From an uncultured Thermoanaerobaculia bacterium (GTDB lineage: Bacteria; Acidobacteriota; UBA4820; DSQY01): 64,000 nucleotides of DNA. A program made the translations under genes and the position numbers. Below are positions 1 to 8,408 of the stretch, piece after piece (within the stretch, counting starts at the first letter, position 1; each line of letters begins with the position of its first letter). The stretch spans positions 3,298-67,297 of the forward strand of contig CAZDOY010000014.1 in assembly GCA_964507185.1 (NCBI GenBank), given 5' to 3'. The notes under the pieces were generated by a model. The model was not told the DNA's origin, did not search any database, and saw only the letters and a program-made list of their open reading frames with translations.

Positions 1-83
1 CCGTGCCCAAGCACACCACGACGACCTTCCGCTTCGTGAATCCCGGCGGCGGCTGGGCCACCGTGGACTTCACCTGGCCGTGA
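1..83 (+). CDS. 3' end of a gene entering from the left edge (…VPKHTTTTFRFVNPGGGWATVDFTWP*), probably the beta-rich C-terminus of an exported protein
   Basis: Open frame 3..80 with GC3-biased codons, TGA at 81-83, immediately followed by a terminator-like hairpin. Confidence 0.7.
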   Translation, partial: VPKHTTTTFRFVNPGGGWATVDFTWP

Positions 84-91
84 TCGGTGAC

Positions 92-124
92 GGCAAACGG
101 GGCCCTTTTTGGGCCCCTGTTGCC
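92..124 (+). terminator. Hairpin terminator candidate
   Basis: GGCAAACGGGGCCC-TTTTT-GGGCCCCTGTTGCC inverted repeat 9 nt after the stop codon. It has no strong 3' U-tract. Confidence 0.5.
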
Positions 125-585
125 TATTCGCAACCGGGCGGGCCGCTTCCCGCCGGCCGAAACCCCAGGTCGAGGACTCAGACCGGCAGGGTCCGGGCCG
201 TCGCTACGCGCATGCTGTGAAGCGAAGGATGGCTGGTTCGGTGTGATCGGGCGACTACGCGCCATTCAGCACAGTGACCCAGTTATTGCGCTCCTTTCGA
301 CGCAGTGATCAAGTGATCGAGCCCTGGCGGCCGATACTCATCGGCCGAATCTACTTCGAAGACCTTACCCCCGCTTTCTTTCGAATTTAAAACCCAATTC
401 CTAAATCCGTCTCCTCCGCCTTCATCAGGTGTGTCGCCTTCCGAGGGGGACAGTATGCCCACTGCCTTCTCCACCTTTACCCTTTACCCCGAAAGCCGCT
501 TCGATGGGGTTCCCAAGACCCGGCAGTCGGGGCATGCGGCGAAATATATTCTGCAGACCGTCCGTTATTTCGGTGGGAGAAGCGG

Positions 586-1008
586 ATGGAGAGAGACCGG
601 GTGCAGAGGGCCCGTACATTCTTGCTGCTTTTGGCGCTGATCGCTTTCGCGCTGTCGAGCGCGGCGCGGTCCCGCGGCCCTTTCTCCTCCGGCCTGACGC
701 ACAGCGCGGATGGGCCGTCATGTTCTCATCTTCGGCCGGGGCGCAACGAGCCGATCGGGCCCGGCGCGGCGTGGGCCGAAGCGGGCGAAATGGGAGACGC
801 AAGCCGGTCGAAACTCGATGCCCGGTTGAATCCCCTCCCCTCGGGGACCTCTCTTCCAGCGTCGCTGAGGCTTTCGCCGACCTCCGAGACGGAGCCTGGA
901 TCACGTTTCGAACACACCTTCCGGCACCCGGCCAAATGGGTGCCCCGCTGCCTGCAAGGCCCATCATCAAATCCCCAAAAGTCCGACGATTCCCACCCCG
1001 CGGCCTGA
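586..1008 (+). CDS. Hypothetical 140-aa protein with an N-terminal hydrophobic or signal-like segment
   Basis: GGAGA RBS 5 nt before the ATG; hydrophobic stretch TFLLLLALIAFALSSAA; remainder low-complexity. Co-oriented with the large surface protein downstream. Confidence 0.4.
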   Translation: MERDRVQRARTFLLLLALIAFALSSAARSRGPFSSGLTHSADGPSCSHLRPGRNEPIGPGAAWAEAGEMGDASRSKLDARLNPLPSGTSLPASLRLSPTSETEPGSRFEHTFRHPAKWVPRCLQGPSSNPQKSDDSHPAA

Positions 1009-1185
1009 GCGCACCGGCGCCGGCAGGGCCGGGCCGCGCGGTTCCGCCTGCGCGCCCCCTTTCCATTTCCCTGCCTGGAACCGGTGCGCAAGGCGGCGGT
1101 GTGCTGGTTCATGGAACCTGCATTGAGGAGGGCCCGGCCAGGGACCGGGCGAACGATCACAGGATAGAAGAAGGAGAATGAATCG

Positions 1186-4100
1186 ATGACATCACCTACC
1201 TGGAGCAAACGGCTGCTCACAACAACGGCCGTAATTCTGACGGCCGTTGCGCTGGCGGTGGCGGGCTCCGCGGGCCGGGCCGCTGAGCCGAGGATACAAC
1301 AGGCGCAGATCATTCCTCCCCCAGTCAATCATCCCATAACTGGTCAGTCGTCACCGATTCGCTTCGCCGCGACAATTACCAAGGTCGTTACGACCACGGC
1401 GGACTCGGGCGCAGGTTCCCTGCGCGACGCCATCGACACGGCCAACGGCGACACGGCGAACGATTACGTAATCACCTTCAATCTCTCCAGCTATCCCGCC
1501 ACCATCACGCTCACCGGCGGGGCCCTCACCCTCTCCACCGGCATGACCATCCAGGGCCCCGGGGCCTCCAAGCTCACGATCTCGGGCAACAACGCGTCGC
1601 AGGTTTTCGTGGTCAACGGCGGCACTTCGACGATCTCGGGACTGACGGTTTCCGGAGCGAACGGCTCTTACGGAGGGGCGATCCAGCTCAATGGGGGCGC
1701 CACCCTGGATCTGAAGCTGTGCATCTTGAAGAATAATGTGGGGGCACAGGCGGGAGGAGGCGTCTTGTCGTATGGCACGCTCACGGCCGAGGAATGCACC
1801 TTTTCGGGCGACTCCGCCGGGAGCTGGGGAGGCGGTATAGCCATCGGGTTTTCAACTGGTTCCCAAGTGAGGAATTGCACCTTCGAGGGGAACTCCGCTT
1901 CCGGCGGCGCGGGGCTTTACGTCCAGGATTCCACGTCGACGACCGTGACCAACTGCACCTTCGTGAATAACGGGGCCTCCTCCAGTGAAGTGCTCTTTGT
2001 CATCGGCTTTACTTCGGCCGACGTCTCGAACGCCCTGATGAACTGCACGATCGTCGCCGGCCACGGCACAGGGACTTCAGGTCCCGGCGTCGGCACGTAT
2101 GTCACGCTCAGCAATACGTACCAGGACGCGGTGACCGTGCAGAACACGCTCGTGTGGGCCGACGGGGGCGACTTCGTCAAGTACGCGGGCGGCACCTTCG
2201 TAGACGGCGGCTACAACTTCGACAGCGACGGGACGAGCGGCTTTACCAACGGCGTGAACGGCGACATCGTGGGCACGGCGGGTTCGCCGCTGAATCCCGG
2301 GATCGGCCCGCTGGCGAACAACGGCGGCCCGGTCAAAACCATGGCCCTCCAGCCGGGCAGCGTGTGCATGGACGCGGGCGACCCGACCTTCTCCAATTCG
2401 GCGCCGACCGTGGACGCGCGCGGCGCGACCCGCTCGGGCCCCGACGCGGACGGCAACGGGGACGGCATCGCCTACCCGGACATCGGCGCCTACGAGTACC
2501 AGCGCTACGTGGTGGTCAACACGAACGACAGCGGCGCGGGTTCCCTCCGCGACGCCCTCCTCCACACCAACACCTACGGCGGCGAGGTGGCCTTCGCCAT
2601 CCTGCCCATGGGCAGCCAGCAGGTCATCAGCCCGGCGTCTCCACTGCCCGTCATCTCTCTGCCCACCTTCGTGGACGGCTGGAGCCAGGGCGGTACCGCC
2701 TACAAGGGTCCGCCGCTGGTGCGTGTAGACGGGACCTCCGCAGGGCACGGCGCCGTCTGTCTGAACGTTGCGGCGCCGTACACCACCGTGCGGGGCGTGG
2801 ACGCCACCGGGTTCGGTGTCGGCATCGAGATTTCCGGGAGCGCCCACGACGTCTGGATCTACGGGTGCTACGTCGGTGTTACGCTCGACGGAAATAGCGC
2901 GGCGGGCAACAGCGAGATCGGCATCTGGGAGGTCCCCGGCCCCTCGCAGGTCCTCATCGGGACCAACGCGGACGGCGTGGACGACGCGGCCGAGCGCAAC
3001 GTCATCGCGGGCAACGGCATCGGCACCGGCTTCGAAAACGTCCTGCTCAGGGGATCGAGCACGACCGTGGCCGGGAACTACATCGGCCTGGGCGCCGACG
3101 GGACCACGGCCCTCGGCGACGGCACCGGCGTCACCGTGCTGACTCCGGGGAACATCATCGGCGGGACCGCCCCCCACGCGGGAAACGTCATTTCGGGTAA
3201 CCACAACGAGGGCGTGGGCATCCTCACCGATCACACCACCGTTCAGGGCAACCTCATCGGGACTACGGCGGACGGCCTCTCGCCCCTGGGGAACGGGGGC
3301 GCCGGCGTCGTCATCTACAATTATCACGGGGGAGACACCGACAACCACATCGGCGGCTCATCCCCGTCCGCGCGCAACGTGATCTGCGACAACAGCAGCG
3401 ACGGCGTCTCGCTGTACAACGGCGCTTCGAATGAGACGATCCAGGGAAACTACATCGGCGTCGGCTCGGACGGCGCCACACTCATGGGCAACCATTACCA
3501 GGGCGTGTACGTGACTGGATCCGGTAACACCGTCTCCGGCAACGTGCTCTCCGGAAATGGCGACTCCGGCGTCACGCTCACAAGCACCGGTGCCACCGGC
3601 AACGTCGTGGCCGGGAATTTGATCGGCGTGGACGCCACGGGCCTCACGGACGTGGGCAACGTGGGACCCGGCGTGCGTATCAGCAACGGCGCCAACCACA
3701 ACCGGATCGGGACCGACTCCGGCGCAGCGAGCAACGCTGACCGCAACGTGATCGCATGCAACAACCGCGACGGCGGCGGCATCTACGCCGACAACGCCAA
3801 CGTCCTGCTCGAGAACTCCGGCACTGACTACAACACGATCAGCGGCAACTGGATCGGGCTCGACAAAACCGGCTCGGCGACCTTCTCGCCCAACGGCGGG
3901 CCGCGCGGGGTCATGCTGTTCGCCGGTCCCTCCAACAACACCATCGGAGGCACGTCGGCCTACACGCGCAACGTCATCTCGGGCAACCAGCACACGGGCA
4001 TCGAAGTGGTCGGCTCGGGCACGAACAGCAATGTGATCGTGGGCAACTTCCTGGGCACCGACTCCACGGGCACGAAAGCGATCGGCAACAACTATGGAAT

Positions 4101-5658
4101 CCAGACGTACTATACGGGCAATGCCGGCACCCGGATCGGCGGGACCGCCTCAGGCGAGGGCAATCTCATTTCCGGCAACCACTACAACGGCATCAACCTC
4201 GACGATAACACGACCCAGGGCACGCTCGTCGAAGGCAACCTCATCGGCACGGCCGCCGACGGCACCTCTCCCCTGGGCAACACCGGCGACGGTCTGGCCT
4301 TCTACGGGGCGTCCGGCTGCACCGTGGGCGGCTTCGATGCCTCCGAGGCGAACGTGATCGCCGCCAACGGCCAGGCGGGCATCGCGCTGTTCTACGGCTC
4401 CGGCGACACTTTTGAAGGCAACAGCATCTACGACAACGGCGGCCTGGGCATCGACCTGGGCGGCAACGGCGTCACGGCCAACGACGAGGGCGACACGGAC
4501 ACAGGGCCCGACAACTACCAGAACTACCCCGTGCTGACCGTCACCGCCACGAGCATCGACGGGACGCTCAACAGCCTGCCCAACGAGCACTACCGCATCG
4601 AGTTCTTCACAAGCCCGGCGCCCGATCCGTCGGGGTATGGCGAGGGCCAGACCTTTCTGGGCGCGATCCCCGTCACCACGGACGCCTCGGGCAACACAAC
4701 CTTCAGCTACCCCTACACCTCGGGCACGCCCGCGCCTGCCATCACCGCAACAGCCACCCTGCTCGACACCGGCGACACGTCCGAGTTCTCGGCGGCGTGC
4801 GGCGCAGTGAGCCTCGGTCCGTCGACCCTTCAGACCGCCACGGCCAGCCTGCCCTACAACCAGCAACTCACGGCCTCCATGGCCATACCCGGCGGCTCGG
4901 GCTTCACCTTCGCCCTGGCGCCGGGCAGCCAGTTGCCGGCGGACCTTTCGCTCTCGGCCGACGGCCTCATCTCCGGTACGCCCACCGTGGTCGGCGACTT
5001 CTCCTTCACGGTGGTGGCCACCGAGATCGCCGCCGGGCAGGACGCCTGCTCCGGCAGCCGGACCTTCTCGCTCAGCATCGTCTGCCCCACGATCCTCATC
5101 AATCCGGCCACTATCCCATCCGGCGTCAAGGGCCAGAACTACTCGGTCAATCTCACCCCCTCCGCCGGCGTGCCTCCCTTCAACTTTGAAGTCACGTCCG
5201 GAAGCCTGCCTGCGGGTCTGACACTGGCGTCCGACGGAACACTGAGCGGAACCTACACGAGCCTCGGCACCTCCACATTCACGATCAAGGTCACCGACAA
5301 AAACGGATGCACCGGACAGCAGACGTACACGACCAGTTCCTACAGCCTGGCTTTCTTCGACGATGGCGGAACGTCTTCCGTGTGCCTCGACAGTACCACG
5401 GGCGCCTTCCAGTGGACCGTCCTTAGCGGACCGAACACCGGCAAGGTGTACGCGGGAACCCTTACCATCTACAATGGCGGGACCATGTTCTGGAGCCAGC
5501 CGGGAGCCTCCCAGTATGTCTACGTTTACTACGACCCCAACGCACACACGGCCTGGGGCTACCTCTACGACTACACCACGGGCCTTTACACCAGCCTCCA
5601 TGACAGCAACACGCTGAACGACCCCGCCGGCTGCGGCACGCTGCCGCCGGCCACGTAA
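1186..5658 (+). CDS. Large exported or surface protein (1490 aa): signal peptide, two CSLREA-like units, choice-of-anchor-Q-like segment, parallel beta-helix repeats, two putative Ig (He_PIG-like) domains and a C-terminal module
   Basis: Signal peptide (LLTTTAVILTAVALAVAGSAGRAA); repeated (T/N)(A/N)DSGAGSLRDA; GPLANNGGPVKTMALQPGS…DIGAYE; many GN(Y/L)IG…/NVISGN repeats; LPAGLTL..DGTLSGT-type Ig motifs; AGGAGA RBS. Confidence 0.9.
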   Translation: MTSPTWSKRLLTTTAVILTAVALAVAGSAGRAAEPRIQQAQIIPPPVNHPITGQSSPIRFAATITKVVTTTADSGAGSLRDAIDTANGDTANDYVITFNLSSYPATITLTGGALTLSTGMTIQGPGASKLTISGNNASQVFVVNGGTSTISGLTVSGANGSYGGAIQLNGGATLDLKLCILKNNVGAQAGGGVLSYGTLTAEECTFSGDSAGSWGGGIAIGFSTGSQVRNCTFEGNSASGGAGLYVQDSTSTTVTNCTFVNNGASSSEVLFVIGFTSADVSNALMNCTIVAGHGTGTSGPGVGTYVTLSNTYQDAVTVQNTLVWADGGDFVKYAGGTFVDGGYNFDSDGTSGFTNGVNGDIVGTAGSPLNPGIGPLANNGGPVKTMALQPGSVCMDAGDPTFSNSAPTVDARGATRSGPDADGNGDGIAYPDIGAYEYQRYVVVNTNDSGAGSLRDALLHTNTYGGEVAFAILPMGSQQVISPASPLPVISLPTFVDGWSQGGTAYKGPPLVRVDGTSAGHGAVCLNVAAPYTTVRGVDATGFGVGIEISGSAHDVWIYGCYVGVTLDGNSAAGNSEIGIWEVPGPSQVLIGTNADGVDDAAERNVIAGNGIGTGFENVLLRGSSTTVAGNYIGLGADGTTALGDGTGVTVLTPGNIIGGTAPHAGNVISGNHNEGVGILTDHTTVQGNLIGTTADGLSPLGNGGAGVVIYNYHGGDTDNHIGGSSPSARNVICDNSSDGVSLYNGASNETIQGNYIGVGSDGATLMGNHYQGVYVTGSGNTVSGNVLSGNGDSGVTLTSTGATGNVVAGNLIGVDATGLTDVGNVGPGVRISNGANHNRIGTDSGAASNADRNVIACNNRDGGGIYADNANVLLENSGTDYNTISGNWIGLDKTGSATFSPNGGPRGVMLFAGPSNNTIGGTSAYTRNVISGNQHTGIEVVGSGTNSNVIVGNFLGTDSTGTKAIGNNYGIQTYYTGNAGTRIGGTASGEGNLISGNHYNGINLDDNTTQGTLVEGNLIGTAADGTSPLGNTGDGLAFYGASGCTVGGFDASEANVIAANGQAGIALFYGSGDTFEGNSIYDNGGLGIDLGGNGVTANDEGDTDTGPDNYQNYPVLTVTATSIDGTLNSLPNEHYRIEFFTSPAPDPSGYGEGQTFLGAIPVTTDASGNTTFSYPYTSGTPAPAITATATLLDTGDTSEFSAACGAVSLGPSTLQTATASLPYNQQLTASMAIPGGSGFTFALAPGSQLPADLSLSADGLISGTPTVVGDFSFTVVATEIAAGQDACSGSRTFSLSIVCPTILINPATIPSGVKGQNYSVNLTPSAGVPPFNFEVTSGSLPAGLTLASDGTLSGTYTSLGTSTFTIKVTDKNGCTGQQTYTTSSYSLAFFDDGGTSSVCLDSTTGAFQWTVLSGPNTGKVYAGTLTIYNGGTMFWSQPGASQYVYVYYDPNAHTAWGYLYDYTTGLYTSLHDSNTLNDPAGCGTLPPAT

Positions 5659-5687
5659 ACACGGGTTCATTGAGACAGACGTTTAGA

Positions 5688-5720
5688 AAGCGCGGGGCTT
5701 CGGCCCCGCGCTTCTTCTTT
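5688..5720 (+). terminator. Rho-independent terminator
   Basis: AAGCGCGGGGC-TTCG-GCCCCGCGCTT stem-loop followed by CTTCTTT, 30 nt after the stop. Confidence 0.85.
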
Positions 5721-5781
5721 CGACCGGTTCACGGTTCCGGGCACGCGTCCTGTCGCGCGGCGGGGGCAGCCGGATGCCGCC

Positions 5782-7077
5782 CTAGGGCCGGCTCTCGTGC
5801 GGCCCGTGGCCAGACAGGCCCCGGTTTGCACCGCGGCGGAGGACGTTGTACACGAAGTGCCGCGCACGGCTGGATGGCTGGTGCGCCGAACGCCTGGCGA
5901 TGGAGCCGAGCCGGTAGAACTCTCTTCGCGCCCAGAGGAACCCCTCCCACAACTGTTCGGGCGTCATGTGCGCCGGCCGGATGACCACCCTGTCCTGCGT
6001 GTACCGGTCCCAGTCGCGGGTGAGGATCCGGCCTTCGCCGGCCAGGCGCTCGTGCAGGCGCGTGCCGGGGTACGGCGTGAGGAGCTGGAAGGTGCCGCTG
6101 CTCAGGTTGACGGACTGGGCCCACGCGACGGTTTTCTCGAAAACATCGGGCGTATCTTCGTCGAGGCCAAAGATGAAAGAGCCCTCGACGGCGATCCCGT
6201 GGTCCTGCAGCCGGCGCACACCGTCCCCGGGCGGGCCCGCCGCGCCGAGCTTGCGGAAACGCTCCGGCCCGCTCCTGCCGATCGTCTCCAGACCCAACAG
6301 CAGGCCCATACAGCCGCTCTTCCGCGCAAGATCCATCAGCCCGGCGTCCCCGGCGATGCCGAGGGAGGCCTGGGAGACCCACCGCTTCCCCATGGGCGCC
6401 AGGCCTGCCAGCAGTTCGGCGCAGTAGGCCGGGCTCGCGTTGATGTTGTCGTCGAGGAAGAGCACGAACCGCCCGGGCATCGCCTCGACCTGCGCGAGCA
6501 CGTCGCGCAGCGGGCGGTGCCGGAACCGCCGCCCGAACACGGGCACGACGGAGCAGAAGTCGCAGTCCCAGGGACAACCCCGCGCCGTCTGCACGAGGTT
6601 CCGCGTGAGGTACCTCACGCCGTTCCCGGCGTCCGTCCTCGGCGGCGGCACGCCGTCGAGGGGGAAGCTCGCGGGGGCCGCATACCGGGGCTGGAGAGCC
6701 TTCTTCTCGAAGTCGGCCAGGAGCCGGGGCAGGGCCGGTTCGGCCTCCCCCACCACTACGGCGTCCGCGTGGGCGGCGGCCTCGTCCGGCAGCGTGGACG
6801 GGTGGATTCCGCCCATCACCACGGGAACTCCGGCCGCCCGGGCGCGGTCGGCGAGCGCGTATGCGCACCCCGCCTGGGCGGTCATGGCTGTGATGCCCAC
6901 GAGGTCGGCTTCGAAGGGGCCGGGGAATCCGCCCTGCACGTTTTCGTCCCAGAAGGCCACGTCCCAGTGGGCGGGGGCCAGCGCGGCCACCTGGAAGAGG
7001 CTGACCGGCGGCAATTGGAAGAACCTGATCCAGTTGGAGGTGTTTTTCCACGGGTTGATCAGCAACAGCTTCGGCAT
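5782..7077 (-). CDS. B12-binding-domain radical SAM protein (class B-like)
   Basis: N-terminal cobalamin-binding-type fold (DLVGITAMT…VVMGGIHP…VVVGEAE); CxxxCxxC motif RGCPWDCDFC; LTPYPGT motif. Confidence 0.9.
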   Translation of the reverse strand: MPKLLLINPWKNTSNWIRFFQLPPVSLFQVAALAPAHWDVAFWDENVQGGFPGPFEADLVGITAMTAQAGCAYALADRARAAGVPVVMGGIHPSTLPDEAAAHADAVVVGEAEPALPRLLADFEKKALQPRYAAPASFPLDGVPPPRTDAGNGVRYLTRNLVQTARGCPWDCDFCSVVPVFGRRFRHRPLRDVLAQVEAMPGRFVLFLDDNINASPAYCAELLAGLAPMGKRWVSQASLGIAGDAGLMDLARKSGCMGLLLGLETIGRSGPERFRKLGAAGPPGDGVRRLQDHGIAVEGSFIFGLDEDTPDVFEKTVAWAQSVNLSSGTFQLLTPYPGTRLHERLAGEGRILTRDWDRYTQDRVVIRPAHMTPEQLWEGFLWARREFYRLGSIARRSAHQPSSRARHFVYNVLRRGANRGLSGHGPHESRP

Positions 7078-7136
7078 TCGCGCCCTACCAGGTAGTCATG
7101 CTCCGCGGTCTTCGCGGCCCCCGCGCCCCCCGTCCG

Positions 7137-7391
7137 TCAGGAGCCGTCCCTCTGGTCCCTTTGTTCTTCCCGCTTTTGTAGGATGTCCTTGATATCGCGC
7201 AATTCCTTCGACAGGTCCTTGGCGGCCACGCTGTTTTTGTAGGCCATCACGATCAGTTTGACCGACACGAGAAGAACGCCGGCTTCCATAAGCAGATCGT
7301 GCGTCAGGCCCTTGGCGAACAGCGCCAATCCGAACAGGACAAAGGTGACGATGATGATCACGAGCGATCCGGCATCGAAATGCTCACGCAT
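7137..7391 (-). CDS. Small membrane protein (84 aa), two hydrophobic helices and a coiled-coil-like tail
   Basis: SLVIIIVTFVLFGLALFA and LLMEAGVLLVSVKLIVMAY; coding-like codon usage. Confidence 0.75.
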   Translation of the reverse strand: MREHFDAGSLVIIIVTFVLFGLALFAKGLTHDLLMEAGVLLVSVKLIVMAYKNSVAAKDLSKELRDIKDILQKREEQRDQRDGS

Positions 7392-7515
7392 CCCCGCTCC
7401 TGTCCTCGCCGTGCTTCGGACGCGCCGGCACGAGCACGAGGCACACGACGTCAGCGAGAAAGGCCTCGGCGACGGTTTCCCCGAACGCCTGCCCGGACAT
7501 AATGATCAAACCCAC
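7384..7515 (-). CDS. Candidate 43-aa small ORF (MGLIIMSGQAFGETVAEAFLADVVCLVLVPARPKHGEDRSGDA), below the ORF-track cutoff
   Basis: GGAGG 5 nt upstream of the GTG at 7515; its TGA (7386-7384) overlaps the start of the 84-aa gene. Confidence 0.4.
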   Translation of the reverse strand: MGLIIMSGQAFGETVAEAFLADVVCLVLVPARPKHGEDRSGDA

Positions 7516-7765
7516 ACGTACCTCCATTTGGCTGTCGCGGGCACGCCCGGCACCCTCCCGGGGTTCGCGGCGAGCCTTGACGGTCCGTTGCCAAGCCCGA
7601 TGATTTATTATCTGGATTCATTATACCGTATTTCGCCGCGGACCCCGTCATGCCCCCGGGCCTGAAATAGCCGGGGCGGCTCGCGGGTTTTGTAAGACGA
7701 CGCATGCGGACGAAGGCGCGGGCAGGGGATGGCCGCGCTTCCCGGCCCGACAGGAAGGAGACCCC

Positions 7766-8398
7766 GTGAGGCATTCGACACTCAGGCACATCGTACTCGC
7801 ACTCGGCATGACGGCCATGGCCGGCGCGGCGGCGCTCGCGGCCGGACCCGCGACACAGACCTACAAGATAGACCCTGCCAATTCGTCGGTCGGCTTCAGC
7901 ATCCGCCATCTCATTTCCAGGGTGCAGGGCCAGTTCGACGCCTTCTCGGGTGAGGTGCAGGTCGACGCCAAAGATCCCGCCGCCTCGTCCGTCTCGTTCA
8001 CCATCCGGACGGCCTCCATCGACACGCACGTGCCCATGCGCGACAAGGACCTGCGGTCGGCACACTTCTTCGACGCCGCCAGGTTTCCCACGATCACGTT
8101 CAAGAGCACGAAGATGGTCGGCAAGGGGAAGGGCCGCTACGACGTCTACGGCACGCTGACCATGCACGGCGTCGCGAAGGACGTTGTTCTGCCGGTCGTC
8201 TACACCGGAAAGATCAAGGATCCGTGGGGCAACGAGCGCCTGGGCTTCGCCATCGAGACGACGCTCGCCCGCAAGGCCTACGGGATAACCTGGAACAAGG
8301 TGCTCGACGACGGGAGCGTCCTGCTGGGCGACGACGTGGCCGTGACCATCCACATCGAGGCGGTCAGGCCGCTGCACCCCCGCAAGAAGACAAAGTAG
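7766..8398 (+). CDS. yceI: YceI family periplasmic lipid/polyisoprenoid-binding protein
   Basis: Signal peptide; YKIDPANSSVGFSIRHL; SIDT…RDKDLRSAHFFDA..FPTITF; LTMHGVAK; DPWGNERLGF. Confidence 0.92.
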   Translation: MRHSTLRHIVLALGMTAMAGAAALAAGPATQTYKIDPANSSVGFSIRHLISRVQGQFDAFSGEVQVDAKDPAASSVSFTIRTASIDTHVPMRDKDLRSAHFFDAARFPTITFKSTKMVGKGKGRYDVYGTLTMHGVAKDVVLPVVYTGKIKDPWGNERLGFAIETTLARKAYGITWNKVLDDGSVLLGDDVAVTIHIEAVRPLHPRKKTK

Positions 8399-8408
8399 GC
8401 AGACCGTT

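Noticed and set aside
283-474. 63-aa minus-strand ORF as a transposase remnant
   Set aside because: No recognisable motif, no terminal inverted repeats, and weak codon bias.
1112-1126. sigma54-like TGGAACCTGCATTGA upstream of the surface protein
   Set aside because: It lacks the invariant GC at -12.
5782-7077. Radical SAM enzyme as the modifier of the Trp-rich proteins (RiPP hypothesis)
   Set aside because: It is 38 kb away, has no SPASM or RRE domain, and the putative substrates carry Sec signals. There is no linking evidence.
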